NCBI GenBank assembly: GCA_024137785.1
Contig: JAHRHZ010000019.1
Span: forward strand, 27,620,343-27,684,342
Source of the DNA: Ginglymostoma cirratum
Taxonomy: Eukaryota
Direction of reading: 5' to 3'
Length of the DNA: 64,000 bases
Position numbers and translations under genes: made by a program
The notes under the pieces: model-generated
What the model saw: only the letters and a program-made list of their open reading frames with translations
Told to the model about the DNA's origin: nothing
Database searches by the model: none
In this document: in pieces, positions 63,816 through 64,000 of the stretch
Layout: each line of letters starts with the position of its first letter
Position numbering within the stretch: position 1 is the stretch's first letter

Positions 63816-64000
63816 CATGCACATTGAATGTTGGGAGACTGGGGTCATACTACTGTTCTAGATGACAACAGCACGGATTTGTAGCTTGAGCCTGGTACTT
63901 GTACTCTTTTGGGCTTGATTCACATTGATCAATGCTTTTCCCCAGGAAAGTTTTCAGGAAACAAAAGATGATCTCTTTGCTTAGCAACAAATCCATGCTG

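Overview
AT-rich, repeat-dense vertebrate genomic DNA, most likely from an elasmobranch (shark); this is inferred from the HE1/V-SINE, Deu-domain SINE, CR1 and Penelope repeat complement. The only confidently identified host coding segment is a 191-nt bHLH exon (58426-58616, +) of a hypoxia-inducible factor alpha gene. It is EPAS1/HIF-2alpha-like but may be the HIF-4alpha ohnolog. Its first exon could not be placed with certainty and exon 3 was not found in the window. Two possible terminal exons of an unidentified upstream gene lie at 389-450 and 2474 onward. The rest is intergenic or intronic DNA filled with CR1, L2 and other LINE fragments, SINEs, Harbinger and pogo DNA-transposon relics, and two assembly gaps. 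The most striking structure is a set of short, often palindromic, TSD-flanked elements derived from Penelope-like element (PLE) termini that carry minimal hammerhead-ribozyme motifs, including a ~165-bp fold-back unit present twice with an identical internal junction. Nearly all ORFs in the supplied track are spurious or repeat-derived. Repeat boundaries are approximate unless TSDs are quoted.
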